Origin: Camelus dromedarius
Taxonomy: Eukaryota
Direction: 5' to 3'
Length of the DNA: 64,000 nt
Assembly (NCBI RefSeq): GCF_036321535.1
Contig: NC_087437.1
Coordinates: 25,608,001 to 25,672,000 of the forward strand
The notes under the pieces were generated by a model. The model had not been told where the DNA came from. It saw only the letters and a list, made by a program, of their open reading frames with translations, and did not search any database. Of the stretch, positions 1-13,800 are shown in pieces (position 1 is the stretch's first letter; every line of letters begins with the position of its first letter). The translations under genes and the position numbers were made by a program.

Positions 1-190
1 AGGAAATCACTGGAACATTTTAGAGAGAAGAGTTCGTGATTTCCTTTACTCTTATAAAGGCTCATTCTGGCTACCATGTGAAGAACAAATGTTGGGGGGA
101 GGCACAGCTGGACAAGAGAGACCAGTTAGGAAGCTCATAGTGTCTTCCACACCTAGAAAAGTATCTGTCAAATAAATGGATGAATGCACC
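1..190. mobile_element. L2 LINE remnant
   Basis: Degenerate L2-like sequence (ggctcattctggctaccatgtgaagaac...gagaccagttaggaagct) and an aataaatggatgaatg tail-like repeat. Confidence 0.5.
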
Positions 191-317
191 TAAGTCCCTA
201 ACAAGAGATCAAATACCATTTCCTAAAAATATTGTTTCCTAAAAAGTGCTTGGTGTTTTGTACATGCATTTTGAACAGTCAGAGGTACCAAAGGAATAAT
301 AAAAATATAGCCCCTGG

Positions 318-1400
318 GGATTTCCACTTCTGGGAAGATAGAATAGAGGTACTTTCCCCTATTCCTTCCACTAAGCACAACTAAAACCCTAAACACTGTA
401 TATACAATAAAAACAAAAAGACTCTGAATGGTGGAAGAAGATGGCAGACTAGCTAGGGACCTCAAGGCCCCAGAACAGACACAATGGTAAGCTCCTGGGT
501 TTTCTTTCTGCTTCATATATACCAGACTTGGAGTTAAATAATATGACAATGCAGAAACACCAATGGTCACCAACAAAAATAAGCCCCCCAAAGAGCCTGC
601 TCTCTCTAGCCAAAGGACAGAAAAGGGGAAGCCTAAAAAGACAGAATACTTTTACATAATAACATCTTCACTGTAGACAAATACTGCAGAAAAAAATTGT
701 GGCCTCACTCCTACTCACACCAGCAAAGGCCAAGTGTGGAGCCTAGGTTTCTACCCTCATGAGGCTGTAATGAGGTGCCCCAATGCCCCTGCAAGGGTGG
801 ACTCAGAGAGGTCAAGTAGTAAGCTGGGACTTTCATCTCCACTGGCCAGGAAAAAGCTTCTTCCACGATGTCACTGAAGACCACTGAATTCCATCCAGTG
901 GAATTCTATCCCCTCGCAGCAGAAAGGAGCACCCCTCTTCCTCCCCACTGCAGTAGTATCCGAGGAGGCCTAGTAGAAGGTCAGGAAATCTCACTAGCAA
1001 GGCCACCCCCACCGTGGCCTCAGTTCTGGCTTACGCCAGAACTCCCACCTCTGCCTAGCAGTAAGACAGTGTCTCCCTACTCAGGCATCAAAGGAGGCTG
1101 AATGGCATGAAAAGAGGCTAACTCCATCTGGTAGCAATGACATAGCACAATCCCTTCCCCTGTCACAGTAGCATCAGAGAAAGCTAGATAAAACAGACAG
1201 CTTAAATAAGATCCAAGGTCTCGAAAGTGCAAAATGTCTAGATTCCAATAAAAAATCACTCATCACACAAAGAACAAAAAAAAATTTGAAACTGGATGAA
1301 AAAAAACACAATAGTTGCCAACACTGAGATGACAAAGGTATTAGAATTATCTGACAATGATTTTAAAGCAGTCTTGATAGAAAGTTTCAATGTGTGGTAT
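318..1400 (+). mobile_element. Old L1M-type 5'UTR/ORF1-start fragment
   Basis: L1M-like 5' end (acttctgggaagatagaatagagg...) and ORF1-start-like atgacaaaggtattagaattatctgacaatgattttaaagcag. Confidence 0.6.
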
Positions 1401-1404
1401 TCAG

Positions 1405-3512
1405 AGGGAATGGCCAAGATGATGGAGTAGGAAGAACCTAAGTTCACCTCCTCCCACAGGCATATCAAAATCACAATTATTACAGAGCAACTATCAATGA
1501 GAACAACCTGAAGAATGGCAGAAAAAAAACCTTCTACAACTAAAGATATAATGAAGAAACAATGTGATGGGCAGAGGGGGCAGAGACATGGTAAGGTTAA
1601 GACTCATACTGCCAGGTAGGCAATCTACAAATGGGAGAATAGTTACAATTGTAGAGAATTTCCCAAGAAGCAAGGGGTCCAAGCACCCATATTAGGCTAC
1701 CCAGTCCAGGGGCCCTGCACCAGGGAGATGAGCCCCCAGAATGTCTGGCTTTGTGAAACCCATGGGGCTTACTTTCAGGAGAGCCAAAGGGCCGTGGGAA
1801 ATAGAGACTCCACTCTCAAAAGACATACACGAAATCTCACAAACTCTAGGACCCAGGGAAGAAGCGTTAAGTTGAAAGGAACCTGGATCAGACTCACCTG
1901 CTGATCTTGGAGAGCCTCCCAGAAGGGCAGGAGGCAACTAGGACTCACTATGGGGACACAGACCCAAGCAGCAGGCATTTTGGAAAGCTCATACTATAAA
2001 GAGAACACTGGTGCTGGAGAGCACAATTTTGGAATCCTCCCTTTAGCTTATTAGTGCTGGGGCATGGACGTGGCCACCAGTGAGCTGGCACTAGTCCAGG
2101 AACCCAGTATCAACCACCAGAGTGGGTCCAGGCCCTGCCCACTTGTGGGTTTATACCAACCCCAAGACCTCCAGAGCCCTGAAGCCAGAAAGCCTGGGAC
2201 TCAGCTCTGCCTACCAGCAGGCCAACACAGCTCCAGAATACCTGAGCTACTCCAAGACATGTGGCATACTTACATGTCTAATCACGACACAGGATGCCAG
2301 AATATACAATGGGGGGAAAAGAGCGCCTTCAATGAAGGGTGTTAGGAAACCTGGACAGCTACAGGCAGAAGAATCAAACTAAACTACTTTCTCACACTAC
2401 ATACAAAAAATAAACTCAAAATGAATTAAAGACATAAATATAAGACCTGAAACCATAAAACTCCTAGAAGAAAACACAGGCAGTATGCTTTTTCATGTCA
2501 AGCTTAGCAATATATTTTTGGATCTGTCTCCTCAGGCAAGGGCAACAAAAGCAAAAATAAACCAATAGGACTACATCAAACTAAAAAGCTTTTGCACAAT
2601 GAAGGAAAGAATAAACAAAACCAAAAGGTTGCCTACTGAAGAGAAGATATTTAGAAAATACACATCTGATAAGGGGTTAATATCCAAAATAAACAAAGAA
2701 CTCACATATCCAAAAAAAAAAAAAACTAATTAAAAATGGCATAGGACCTGAGTAGACGTTCTTCCAAATAAGACATACAGGTGGCCAACAGGCACATGAA
2801 AAGATGCTCAACATCACTAATCAACAGGGAAATGCAAATCAAAACCACAATAAAATATCATCTCACAGCTGTGGGAATGGCTATTATCAAAAGACAATAA
2901 ATAACAAGTGTTGGCAAGGAGGTGGAGAAAAGGGAATTCTCATGCACTGGTGGTGGGAATGTAAATTGGTGCAGCCCCCCTATGAACAACAGTATGGAGA
3001 TTCTGTTAAAATTAAGAATAGAATTACCATGTGATCCAGAAATTCCACTCCTGGTATTTATCCAAAGAAAACAAAAATACTGATTTGAAAAGATATATAC
3101 AGACCTATGTTCATTGCAAAATTATTTATAATAGCCAAGACATGGAAGCAACCTCAGTGCCTATCAATTGATAGTGGATAAAGAAGACAGAGTAAATATA
3201 TACATACATAGTGAAATATTACTCAGCCGATTAAAAAAAAAAGAATGAAATCTTGATCTTGATATTTTCTACAACACGGATGGACCTAAAGGGTATTATG
3301 CTAAGTGAAATAAGTCAGACAGAGAAAGATAAATATTGAATGGTTTCACCTGTATGTGGAATCTAAAAACCAAAACAAATGAACAAACGTAACTAAACAG
3401 AAACAGAGTCCATACAGAAAACAAACAGGTGGTTGCCAGAGGGGAGGTGGGTGAGAGGACAAGAGAAAGAGGTGAGGAAAATTAAGAAATACAAACTTTC
3501 AATTACAAAATA
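1405..3512 (+). mobile_element. L1 (L1MA9-like): 5'UTR joined directly to late ORF2 and 3'UTR
   Basis: L1 start ggccaagatgatggagtaggaaga at ~1412; from ~2265, ORF2 C-terminal DNA (aagaatatacaatgggg..., cacatgaaaagatgctcaacatcactaatc, atgctaagtgaaataagtcagacagagaaag) followed by 3'UTR. Confidence 0.85.
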
Positions 3513-4339
3513 TCACAAACCTGCATTCAAGAACCTAGAGATCATAAAACATACAATGAACCACCAATTATTCTACTGTAATATTTCTGTGGAAGATGTC
3601 TCAACCAATAATAAGTCACTGAAGGTTACATTTCTTTCTTTTGCCATTAATTGAGTATTTGCAAAACTCTGCACACAACCAAAAGGGCTTACCATTTGTG
3701 GTATTATCATAAAGCCATATTCTGAAATCGTATCAGTCTTCTAGAGTACAACAGTCACGTCTGTTACACATAAAAATGTCAGTATGCTTGTTATGCAAAT
3801 TGAGCAGATAAACACCCAATTACCCAATACGCATGCACAAAATGTAGGCTTCGCATGTGAAAATAGTATAAAAGTGTACTGTGATAGAACCTAACAGAAT
3901 TGTCCTGGAGGGAAACCCAAGGCATCTGCCTACATAAACCAGGAATTTACATCCTCTACTACTATCTCATCTGCGTGTTACCTTGAAACACGCAGCCCCT
4001 ATGGAGACCACTTTTGCCACTGGTTCTGTCTGTTCCAAAACCACATGGAAACAGTTTTTAAGCGGGTCAAGGTAAAAACTTGCCACCAGATTAAAGGTCT
4101 GCCTCTGCAAACCTGCTGTCTTAGCTAAAGCCCTCTTGCCTGACAAGGAGTCAGCTTGCCCTGCCCCACTCAGATTCCAAGTTTAGAGGGCAAGTTTGCC
4201 TATTTCAAGCTAGAGTGGATGCCAAGAGTTCCATTTTTCTATCCTGGCAGGTTCAACAAATGGATACAGGCCCCCAGGAGGTACAGTGAAAGGTTCACAT
4301 TTGGTTCTCAGGGAAGACTTTAAGGTGGAGTGAATTGGG

Positions 4340-5615
4340 CCATTTAAGCCTTTGTTCAATTGCCCAGGAGTCATGTAATCTTAATGCAAGTCACTTCATC
4401 TCTCTGAGCCTTAGTTTAATCATCTATGGATAGGGATACTGTTCAACCTCAGGGTTATTGGAAGGATAAAGTGAAGTAATATGTGGCAAAGTACTTGGTA
4501 GATGTCAGCCCTTAGTAAATGTTAGTAATAGTGATGATAGCTGTCCATTTCAAGCAAAAGAGAGAGAACGGAAAGTCAAAAGGAAGCATCTTCCTGGTTC
4601 CTCAACTTGAGAAAGTAAAAGAATAAAATGTCCACACCTGGGTGGTCTTGAAGAGCTTAAAGATGAATCATGGATTACAAACAGCTTCTATCATGATTTC
4701 CTAGCTGAGTTACTATCTCCATTGCACTTTTCCAGTATCAGGAAAATGGAATTACCCTCTACTGAGTTTCTTGCCACTGTAATAAGAAGGCAAGAGGTCA
4801 CTTAACCCTCACAACTGCCATAAGAGGTAAATAATAGTACTGTCATTATCAGGCTCTCTAAAAGACTGAGAAATAGAGTAAAAATTTGAACTTTAGTCTG
4901 TCTTAAGGCTGAAGCTCATGCTTGCTCTTTTATACCACACTGCTTTGTAATACATTGCAATATCAGCATTAATAATTCCTCTGAAAGTCACTCAAGTGTC
5001 ATTAATACTTAATATATACCAAAAGTATAATGTGCCAGCCACTTTCATGCATTAAATTATACAACTCTTACAACAACCCTATGGGGTAGGTTCTACAGTT
5101 ATCCTCATAACATAAATGTGAAAACTAAGACCCAAGAAATAACGCAGCTTGTCCAAAGTCAAATGGCTGGTGTCAGGGCTCAGATTAAAATCTAGACAGC
5201 CAAGCTTTACCTCTGGTGCTCTTGACCTTACTCGAGATGGATGTGCACAACAGCACCATGATTCTCAGCATTCATCTCACAACATTCTTCTCAGGGAGGT
5301 ATGGCCAAGAATTACAAACTTGATCGGGGAAGCAAAACCATTTGCCCAAGATCACACAACAGGAAAACCAGAACTTAAACCAGGGCTTTCTGATGCTGAT
5401 AAAAGCAGCTACTATTTACAGGGAGTCTATCAGGTGCCAGGCACTGAACTAGATACCTGATGTCTCAGAACAACCCAACAGTACCATTTCCTTCTTTTCA
5501 CAGATAAAAATCTGAGTCAACAGTAATGGAATACACAGGTAGTTAGGTCGCCAATGAACTGGCAATTCAGGATTTGAGCCATGTCTTTCTATCTTCAAAG
5601 TCTATGCTCTTTAAA
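4340..5615. mobile_element. Cluster of MIR SINE remnants
   Basis: MIR core motifs, e.g. gcaagtcacttcatctctctgagccttagttt (4386), acaactcttacaacaaccctatgggg (5061), gtgccaggcactg (5434). Confidence 0.65.
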
Positions 5616-6685
5616 AACAACCCACACTATTCTCTTGAGCCTCAGTCTATTGTTCTCTCCACTGTTCTATAATTTCTTCCTTTTACCCAAAAAGAATTTG
5701 TTTCCCAAGATCTTATTTCACAACTGGAGTTTGCACATCTTTTCAAGATGGAACACAGACATTCCAAGGAACAAAGATCTCATCTAAGTTTTTTTTCCTT
5801 AATCAAATTATATCTAGTATTATTTGTTATAAATTATTATATTTTTCCTTTAGAGAAAAATGCTCCCACAGATCATGGGAGTTCGTGAAATGGTTGTGAA
5901 GAGCCAAAACCTTAAATTAGGCATTCTCTAGCTCAAAGAGGAATTATCTCACAAAAGGGCAAATTTGATGGGTATTTTTATTAAGATACAAGGAACTGGG
6001 CAAGTTACCCTCAACCTGAAAGATGAGAAGAGAGAGTTTTGAATATCTAGTAACTTTTTATGCTCTCACTATAAAGTAATAAAATATTCCCGGTCCAAAG
6101 GTACATTCAAGATCATCTATCCCAATTCTCATTTTATTTATTCAGGTTTGCTTACTCAAAAAAAGGATCTAAAGGAGCATTTAATAAAAATATAGATGCA
6201 CTGGAACATCTCAAGATAAAAAATAAATAACCATATAAAGGAAGGAGAATGACCATTACATTTGGAAAACTAAAGGGAGATTATAATTGTGCTTGGGTAT
6301 CAGTTCCATTTGTGGCTTGCTGGCAGCAAAGGTAAAAATGGAAAATGTCATTTGTATATAACTTGTTATTTTATGTAATAATGTTAACAGTTAATTTATA
6401 TTAGAAAAGATGAGGTAGTATGTAGCACAAAGTAAACTGCTTACTAAGTGTTCCTGTCTCCACTTAAAAGGGCCATTTTTCTTTATTTCACACAAATTTC
6501 AGATTAGAAGGTAGGAACTCTTTCTGAAATACCATGGTTTTGAAATTACTTTCTCCTGGGAATTGCTCCTGGGCACAGGTCTTTCCTTATCGAATAAATA
6601 AATAACTCCTATATTGTAAGATAAAATTTTTTAAAAAGTGATAAATTCTTCATAAATTTAAATTGCTCCAACACTAAAGTTCAAA

Positions 6686-6765
6686 AGAGAAAAAAGAAAG
6701 GAAGGGAAGGGGAGAGAGGGGAGAGGAAAAGACAGGAGGACGGCAAGAGGAGGAGAGCAAAAAAA
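6686..6765 (+). repeat. Purine-rich low-complexity tract
   Basis: agagaaaaaagaaaggaagggaaggggagagaggggagaggaaaag... Confidence 0.8.
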
Positions 6766-8589
6766 CCAACATCTAATACATGTGCATGTTTACAAAAGTT
6801 TAAGAAAATTTCCTCAAGATCTCAAGATTCAGCTGCCAGTATTTTCCCCTTAATCACTCAAGGCAACTCACCCACAAGGAACACAGTAATTCCAGGACAG
6901 CCACACCCACTTACTTATAAATGTTGATGAGGACTGGTGACACATAGGTGGTGACCATTTTTAAAAGCTATGGTATTTGACAGTTTGATTACTTAATCAA
7001 ATAGTTTGATACATGATATGTATTGGTTCACTTATTCAAAAGTTTTAAAGTTTTAATAAATGTAAAATGGCTGAAGCACATGGAGACATAGACAAAGTCC
7101 TAATGAAACGGAGACAACATGGAACAAACCAAGGCTTCCCAACTGGCAGGACCTGCCAAGGGTACAGGTGTGCTAATGGAAAACAGGTGATCTGAGATAG
7201 TGCTCTGTCAGCCTTGGGGCTCCTGGAGCAAGCAGCCTTGGCTGTCTACCCCATTGTGTAAAAACAATATCATTGTCTATGTATGAAAAGAAGGGGAAAG
7301 CTCTAAAAGAGACTATGAAACAGCAGTAATGAATACAGACAGAGAATGTTGATGAGAAGGATGACTTGAAACAGAAGAGAAAAAAAGCCATTTGAGTAAC
7401 AGTCACAAATGATCACGGAGATGTATTTGATTCAAAAGAACATAATAATTAGCAATATGAGTTACAGTTGTAAGCATTTCCAAGCAAGATAAATGGCAAG
7501 AGTTAAACAAGCAAAGAAATACATTAAATGCTCAAAGGATAGTAAAGTGTCTGAAACAACCCCCTTTATTAAAGTCTGCTTCTGGGATACCACAGGAAAA
7601 TAAATAAATATTTTGTTTTTGTTTTGTTTTGTTATTTTTATTAAAGCTATACAATTCAAAATTGAATTCCTTTCAGTGTACTCTAAAATGAAACAACCAA
7701 CTGGACACAGTTATTCAGACTTTAATTACACAGATGACTTTGAAATGCATTATTTTTTATTGGTAACTATAAAAATCAGCTTGAATACAAATATATATGC
7801 TTTTCCACAGACTAATAGTTAGTAGTATTTCTTATTTTAGTGAGTTTAAAATTCAAAATTTGATACTTGTACGCTAAGGAAAACAAAGCTTGGCTAAGTT
7901 ACAAATTTTTATTTAAATGTAACTTCGATAATCATATGAAAATTGTTTCTTATTAATATTCAATTCAAACTCAAGTAATAAAATCCCTTTGAGAACGCTC
8001 ACAATGGTTTGAAATCAAAGTGCCTTATTCACTTTCAAAACTTTTTATTCAATCCCAAATGTAGGGAAAATCTTAGAGTTAAACCTCCTAGAAACTGTTT
8101 ATACCTTTAAGGCGTGACCAGTCAAGATGTATTGTTATTTTTATTATTCGAGGAATTCTATGGTTTAGGAATGTTTGTCAAAGTTACTTTTCTGTATCTC
8201 CACAAAAAAATAAAATTAACTCAAGACTAATCCCTCAAACCAGAGACAGTTACTCCTAACATTCCAGTCTAGTATATTCTTATAGACATTTTTCTTACAC
8301 ATATTTTTTACATAATAAACATTCTATAAATTTATATTATGCTTCTTAACCTAATATTAAGCATTTTCTAACCACTTAATTACATTTCAATCACATTATT
8401 TGTAATAGTTACATATTACTCCATCTTACAACTACATTATAATTTATTTCCAGCAGTATTGTTAAACATTTAAGTCAATATTTTACAGTATTTTACATAC
8501 TTCCTTGATCAAAACATTAAAATGTGCACCAATGTACAACCAAAAAAATCAAAATAAAAAACTATTTTAATACATGGCCAAATAAGAGA

Positions 8590-9410
8590 AAACTAAAAGC
8601 CTTAAAGATGAGTAGGAGATGAAATCACTCACCAGGGGTATTAGAGTCAGACAGGCCATAGGGGCTGGAGGCTGCAATTTAACCGAGTCAGCAAATAGGA
8701 GAGGAGAAGTCACAGCCATGAAGTCACAGCCATGAGAGTCAGAACTAAACTCTGCATACAACTGGGAGACGAGAGGCCTGTGCACTCTATTCTACAAACT
8801 CTGCTTCCCAGCCTTGGAAAGCTATGAAGAAGCTGGTCACGTTTTGAGGGATAAGGTTGAAAAAGAACCACCTGCAGGAAAGCAGAGCACCAAGCCTGTG
8901 CCATAGGCAAGAGGGTCATATCCCCTGGGTATGGAAATCCCAACATAAGAAATTAATAGAACAGTTTGTCCAAACCAGTAAAACTCATAAATCCTTGGAA
9001 GAGGCAAATACGAAATCATTCCACAGGAATGACTCCACAGAGACAATTCCATAACCCAGGACACTGGGACAGCTGTGGTAAACAACCCCTACCAAAGAAC
9101 TGCTCACAGTGAAAAATTGTAAGTCCTACACAGAAGTGAGCTAGGCTGAAGCAGAGTGAGTAGATGCAACTAACGGAATCATTTGAACCCTAAGACTGAA
9201 GATAACAGAGCAGTCCAAAAGAAACTTGCAAATAAATATGAAAGTAAGTATCAAATGATCAAAGAAATAGAGAAAAGAACAGACAATCAATGTCAAGAAG
9301 AAAGGATTAGATATAAATGTGTTTTTAAAAAAGAAATTCTATAAATAAAAATGTATGATCAATGCAATTTTTTTAATTTAAGTGTTTCAATTCAAAAGCA
9401 ACTGAGTGGA
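8590..9410 (+). mobile_element. Ancient L1/HAL1-like 5'-ORF1 fragment
   Basis: A-rich, degenerate ORF1-like sequence following an aagatg-type start. Confidence 0.4.
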
Positions 9411-9429
9411 GCTGACCATGATGGGTGTC

Positions 9430-10862
9430 TGTGCAAGGTCAATGAGTGGGGGCACAGATGCAATGATAAATGGGACACATACAGGTAGACAGAGGCAATA
9501 AATAAATATAATGAAGTTAAAGGAAGTTGATTTCCTTACTGTTAGAGAGAGGAGTACCAAATGTGGAAAGAGGAAAAATAAAGTGGACTGGAATTGAAGG
9601 TATTAGTGGAACTTACAGGTGTCAATAGTGTCAATATAGATAATTTGGGAAGTAAATACAGAAGTGTATATATATCTTTATGTGTATGTATCTAAATAGA
9701 TACATACAGAAGGAGAGAGAGAGAATGGGAGAGTGATCTGGGCATAAAGCAATGAGTACACCTAACACTCAGATCTCAGTTTCTAAATAACCACTCTCCA
9801 CTAAAAGGAACCACAGGGCTCCTTGGAGAAAGGCTGCTTCCTGAGCTGGGACAAGGAAAGTATAAGGTGAGCCTGGAATATCTTCAGGCCAAAAAGTAGG
9901 AAAATGCTCAAAGAAACATGGCTAAAAAAATCAAAGACACAGACACCAGTGTAAAGGGATTCCTAGCCAATTTTTGGACAATTTGAGCATCAAGACAGAA
10001 ATGCATGGGTCCATAATGATATAAATAAATAAATGAATACCTAAACATGAAGGAAAAAAACCTTTTTCTTGGAGTCAAGTGCCAGTGAATAAATGGAGAT
10101 AGAGTAAAGAAATCAGAAAATCACAATTTGGCAACCATCAGAGTAATCATTAATTCAGCCAAGACACATCAATGAATGCTAAAGCTACTCGGTGAAAGTT
10201 TAAGAAGTGGGATGCATAGTTGCAAAGAACTTCTTCACAAAATCCTCATCAATTACAAAGGGATAAAGAGTACCTTTACAGTGGAGAATTCTGACAGATA
10301 TCACTTTAATCACGGTTATGATCACCAATAATGGGACAAATCAAAACCATGTGCCACCTGATAGGAGCAATGAGAAGTATAAGACATCACTTCTGTGATA
10401 TTCCTATCAAATTACATAACTGGAACTTAACCATGAGGAAATAACAATGATATGAAAACTGAGGGACATTCTACAAAATAACTAACCTGTAATCTTCAAA
10501 AGTTTCAACATGAAAGTCAAGGAAGACTGAGGAACGGTTCACCAAAGGGGACTAAAGAAACAAGACAACTACACACAATGCCTAATTCAGTGCTAAGTTA
10601 TTTTATTATCAAGGGCATTACTGAGACAACTGAGAAAACCTGAAAGGAATCTGAGTAGGCAGTAGTAAAGTATCAATGTTAATTTCTTGATTTTGATGTT
10701 GTTTGTGATTATATAGGGGAATTTCCTTGTTTGTAAGAATTATACACCGAGGTAATTGGAAGTGATAGGGCATCACATCGGCCACTTTAAAGTATGTCCA
10801 AAAAAAAATTCATTCTATTCTCACAAGTTTTCTCTAGGTTTGAAATTATTTCACATTAAAAG
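9430..10862 (+). mobile_element. L1MC-type 3' end
   Basis: Diagnostic gatctcagtttctaaataaccactctccactaaaaggaacc..., tttacagtggagaattctgacagatatcactttaatc, gtttgaaattatttca tail. Confidence 0.8.
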
Positions 10863-13800
10863 AGTAAAAATGTCAAATAGTAGAGGAGCAGGAACAGCTA
10901 ATAGGGAATTAACTATTTGGAACCTAGAACAGAAATGATTTTAAAACAAGGGGATTAAAATATGGGACAAAGACTAAGAAAGTGAGTGGGAGATTTCAGA
11001 GTTAGGGATTTGCAAGGACCTGACATTGGTTCACAGGAGCATATAAATGTATTGTTTAACTTTAGAATTTAAGAAGGCACATAAAATTTTAAGGTAACAT
11101 AAAGTAGAAATAAAATTAAAAACTTCCAAATTAGTAGAGAAAAAAGTAAGGAATAACAAAAATACAATCAATCTTATAGAAAGCTGTCTAAAGAATAAAA
11201 CCATGGAAACTGAGTGTGATTAAAAAAAATAAAAGTTAGCAAAACTATAATAAACACCCTTAGATATAATCTTCTTTTATATATATTTGATCACGTCCTT
11301 AGAATCCCTAGAAACGTAATCACTATGTTAAAATTTATGTCCATGATTTTATTATAGACACAATAACCTCTGACCCATCAATAAGTAAACTAAGGTTTTG
11401 TTTCACAAACTATACTTTTTAATAAAGAGTTTTAACTGTATATCTCTTAAACTTCACTTTGTCATGCTCCACCATGTTGATGACAACCCAGCTACACTAT
11501 TCTTCTACCTGCTCCCAGAAAATGCCAACCTCTCTCTCACCTTAGGGATCTGCAGATGCCATTCCCTCTGACTGGACTGGCCCCCCCCCCCCACACATCC
11601 CATAATAAACACGTTCCATTGGTCTTCCCACAATTTCTACTTCCCAAGAGAAGTCATCTCTTAATTCTTCTTTAGCTCTTCTTGGAAGATCACTTCCCAG
11701 AGAACTCAGCTACATTGTGCAGAAAACTTCCATGACTTTCTCTCCTAAAACTGAGGAGTGCACTGTCACCTTCTTATGTTAATTTTATAGAGCAGTCTTT
11801 CTCTTTTGACACACTATATTCAATTTTTTTCTTTCATAAATCAAGCCGCTAAGTGCTAATAAAACATGTAATAAAAAGGTAAATGGCCTTTGTATTAATC
11901 TTAAGTACTGCCGCCTGTAATATGATTTTTAAAGCTATATTCTCAAATTACATAAACCCCGTGGGGCTGATTGTCAATGTCTTTCATACATAAGAAAGCC
12001 TCATTGTGGCTGTCATACAGCTTATGCCAAATCTGTTTTCTTCTCCTTCTTAAAAAAGAAAAAAAAAAAAAAAAACCCTTGTTATAAGAGCCTTTGTGAA
12101 CTTAGTGCCGATGAAAGGAGTCACACTAACAGCTCATGGCCTTGGCTTAACTACAGAAGAAACACTCTTACAGCACTGATATGCCTCACAAGCACTTCAA
12201 AAACTCCAGTTTTCCTGTTAGCAATCATCCAATACTAGTGAAAGTTTTTGTCATTTGAGTTTTTTCCATTTCCAGTAGGAAATGACCTGGACAACCACAA
12301 TGCAACTGGCTTTAGGGGTCTGGTGATGGCCGCCAGGGATGAGCTGGTGAATTATTAACATTACTCGGCCTGTCTGCAGCATTGAGGATTTTCAGCGTCG
12401 TACAATTTCTTTTCTTAGTCATAACTCACAGACTTGTGAAAGAGGCAGCTCCTGTCAATTTTGCTTTGCAATTTCGATGCTGATCCATGGAAAGGTTAAA
12501 TACCGTTTCCAGGGTCACCAAGAGTTTTCCTGACAGAGCCTACTTAAGCATTCATTGCTGCTGACAGAGGACTCAGGGGAGAAGGAAAGAGTCGAGGTGA
12601 AGAAAAGCCCTAGGCTAAGACAAGAATGCAACACCATAAGCATGTCGCTGGGGACAGCCTTTCTTGTAAACTACTAAAGATAACTACACCACAAAATATC
12701 CGATTATGTCCAATTCTTGCTAATATTAAATAGCATTATCCTTAGAATTCCTGGGAACAGCAAAGCTATGAACTGAAACAGAAAGGGAAGAGGATGAAAA
12801 AGGGTGCATTACCTCTTTTAATACCTCCAAGATACACTAATTGTTCTATTTATATCATGTTGATGCTACTACACATAGCTTACATTCATAAACACTAATG
12901 TAGTTCTGTCGTATGTGCTGAAAGCATTAGACATTATCTGATTTTTCTGTCTAAGGGTCACAATAGGATTTTATTGTCAAAGGAACCCTCTAATGAGAGT
13001 AGCACACTGCATTCAGGAAAGTTAAATGGCTCATCCAACATCGCACAGCTGCCCATGCACCTTGCTCCCTGCTCAGTGCCTTGTCCCCAAGCCGTGCTAT
13101 CTCCCTCTAGCCTTCCTCTGATGAACACTACTGATACCCTTAAATATGCAGAAAATAACATCCATGAGGACATTTAAATTGGGGGGAGGGAGAGGGAGAG
13201 CATGAGTGGGGGAACTCAATCGGCAATAAGACCTACTAATCAACTACAGAGGATTTGGATAAAATACTGAAAATACTCCAAAGTCACGTGACTGAAGACC
13301 TTTAAGGAGAGAAACTCACCATTGCTCAGTCATCGCCAATCCTTGTTTACATCTTATCCTAAGAACACGGACAGAGAGTTGGAAACTCAGATTAGATCTG
13401 GAGGCAGGCTGTGACTTCAATGCTAGGCTCTTAGTCCCCATAATCATTTGTTTAATCACACTATCTTCTGCACAAAGAAAAGTACAGTTATGGCTATTTC
13501 TCACAGAAAGCAGAGTACAAATTAAATCTCTAGTCTTTTATCTGTTTATTCAAGATACAAACTTATTTCCATTGCACTATGGTTCATGAATACATTTGAT
13601 CATAAAAACTTGGAAGCTCCTGGGATTTAATGTTGTCTAACCTGAAGTAGGATGGATGCAAAGGCAGGTCCAAGAGCACCTGAACAGATTTGGACCTTCA
13701 ACAAATTCCTTTGTTACACCGTCCTCTATGCAGAGTCTAAGTATGGCCCTTTTACTCCTGCCTCTAGCAGCAAACCGAAGACTTCTCACTGTGGGACTTA

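Noticed and set aside
8706..8733. 14-bp tandem duplication GAAGTCACAGCCAT x2 (similarly AACAAAAAAGCTG x2 at 58782-58807)
   Set aside because: Ordinary slippage duplications; only two units and no spacers, so not CRISPR-like.
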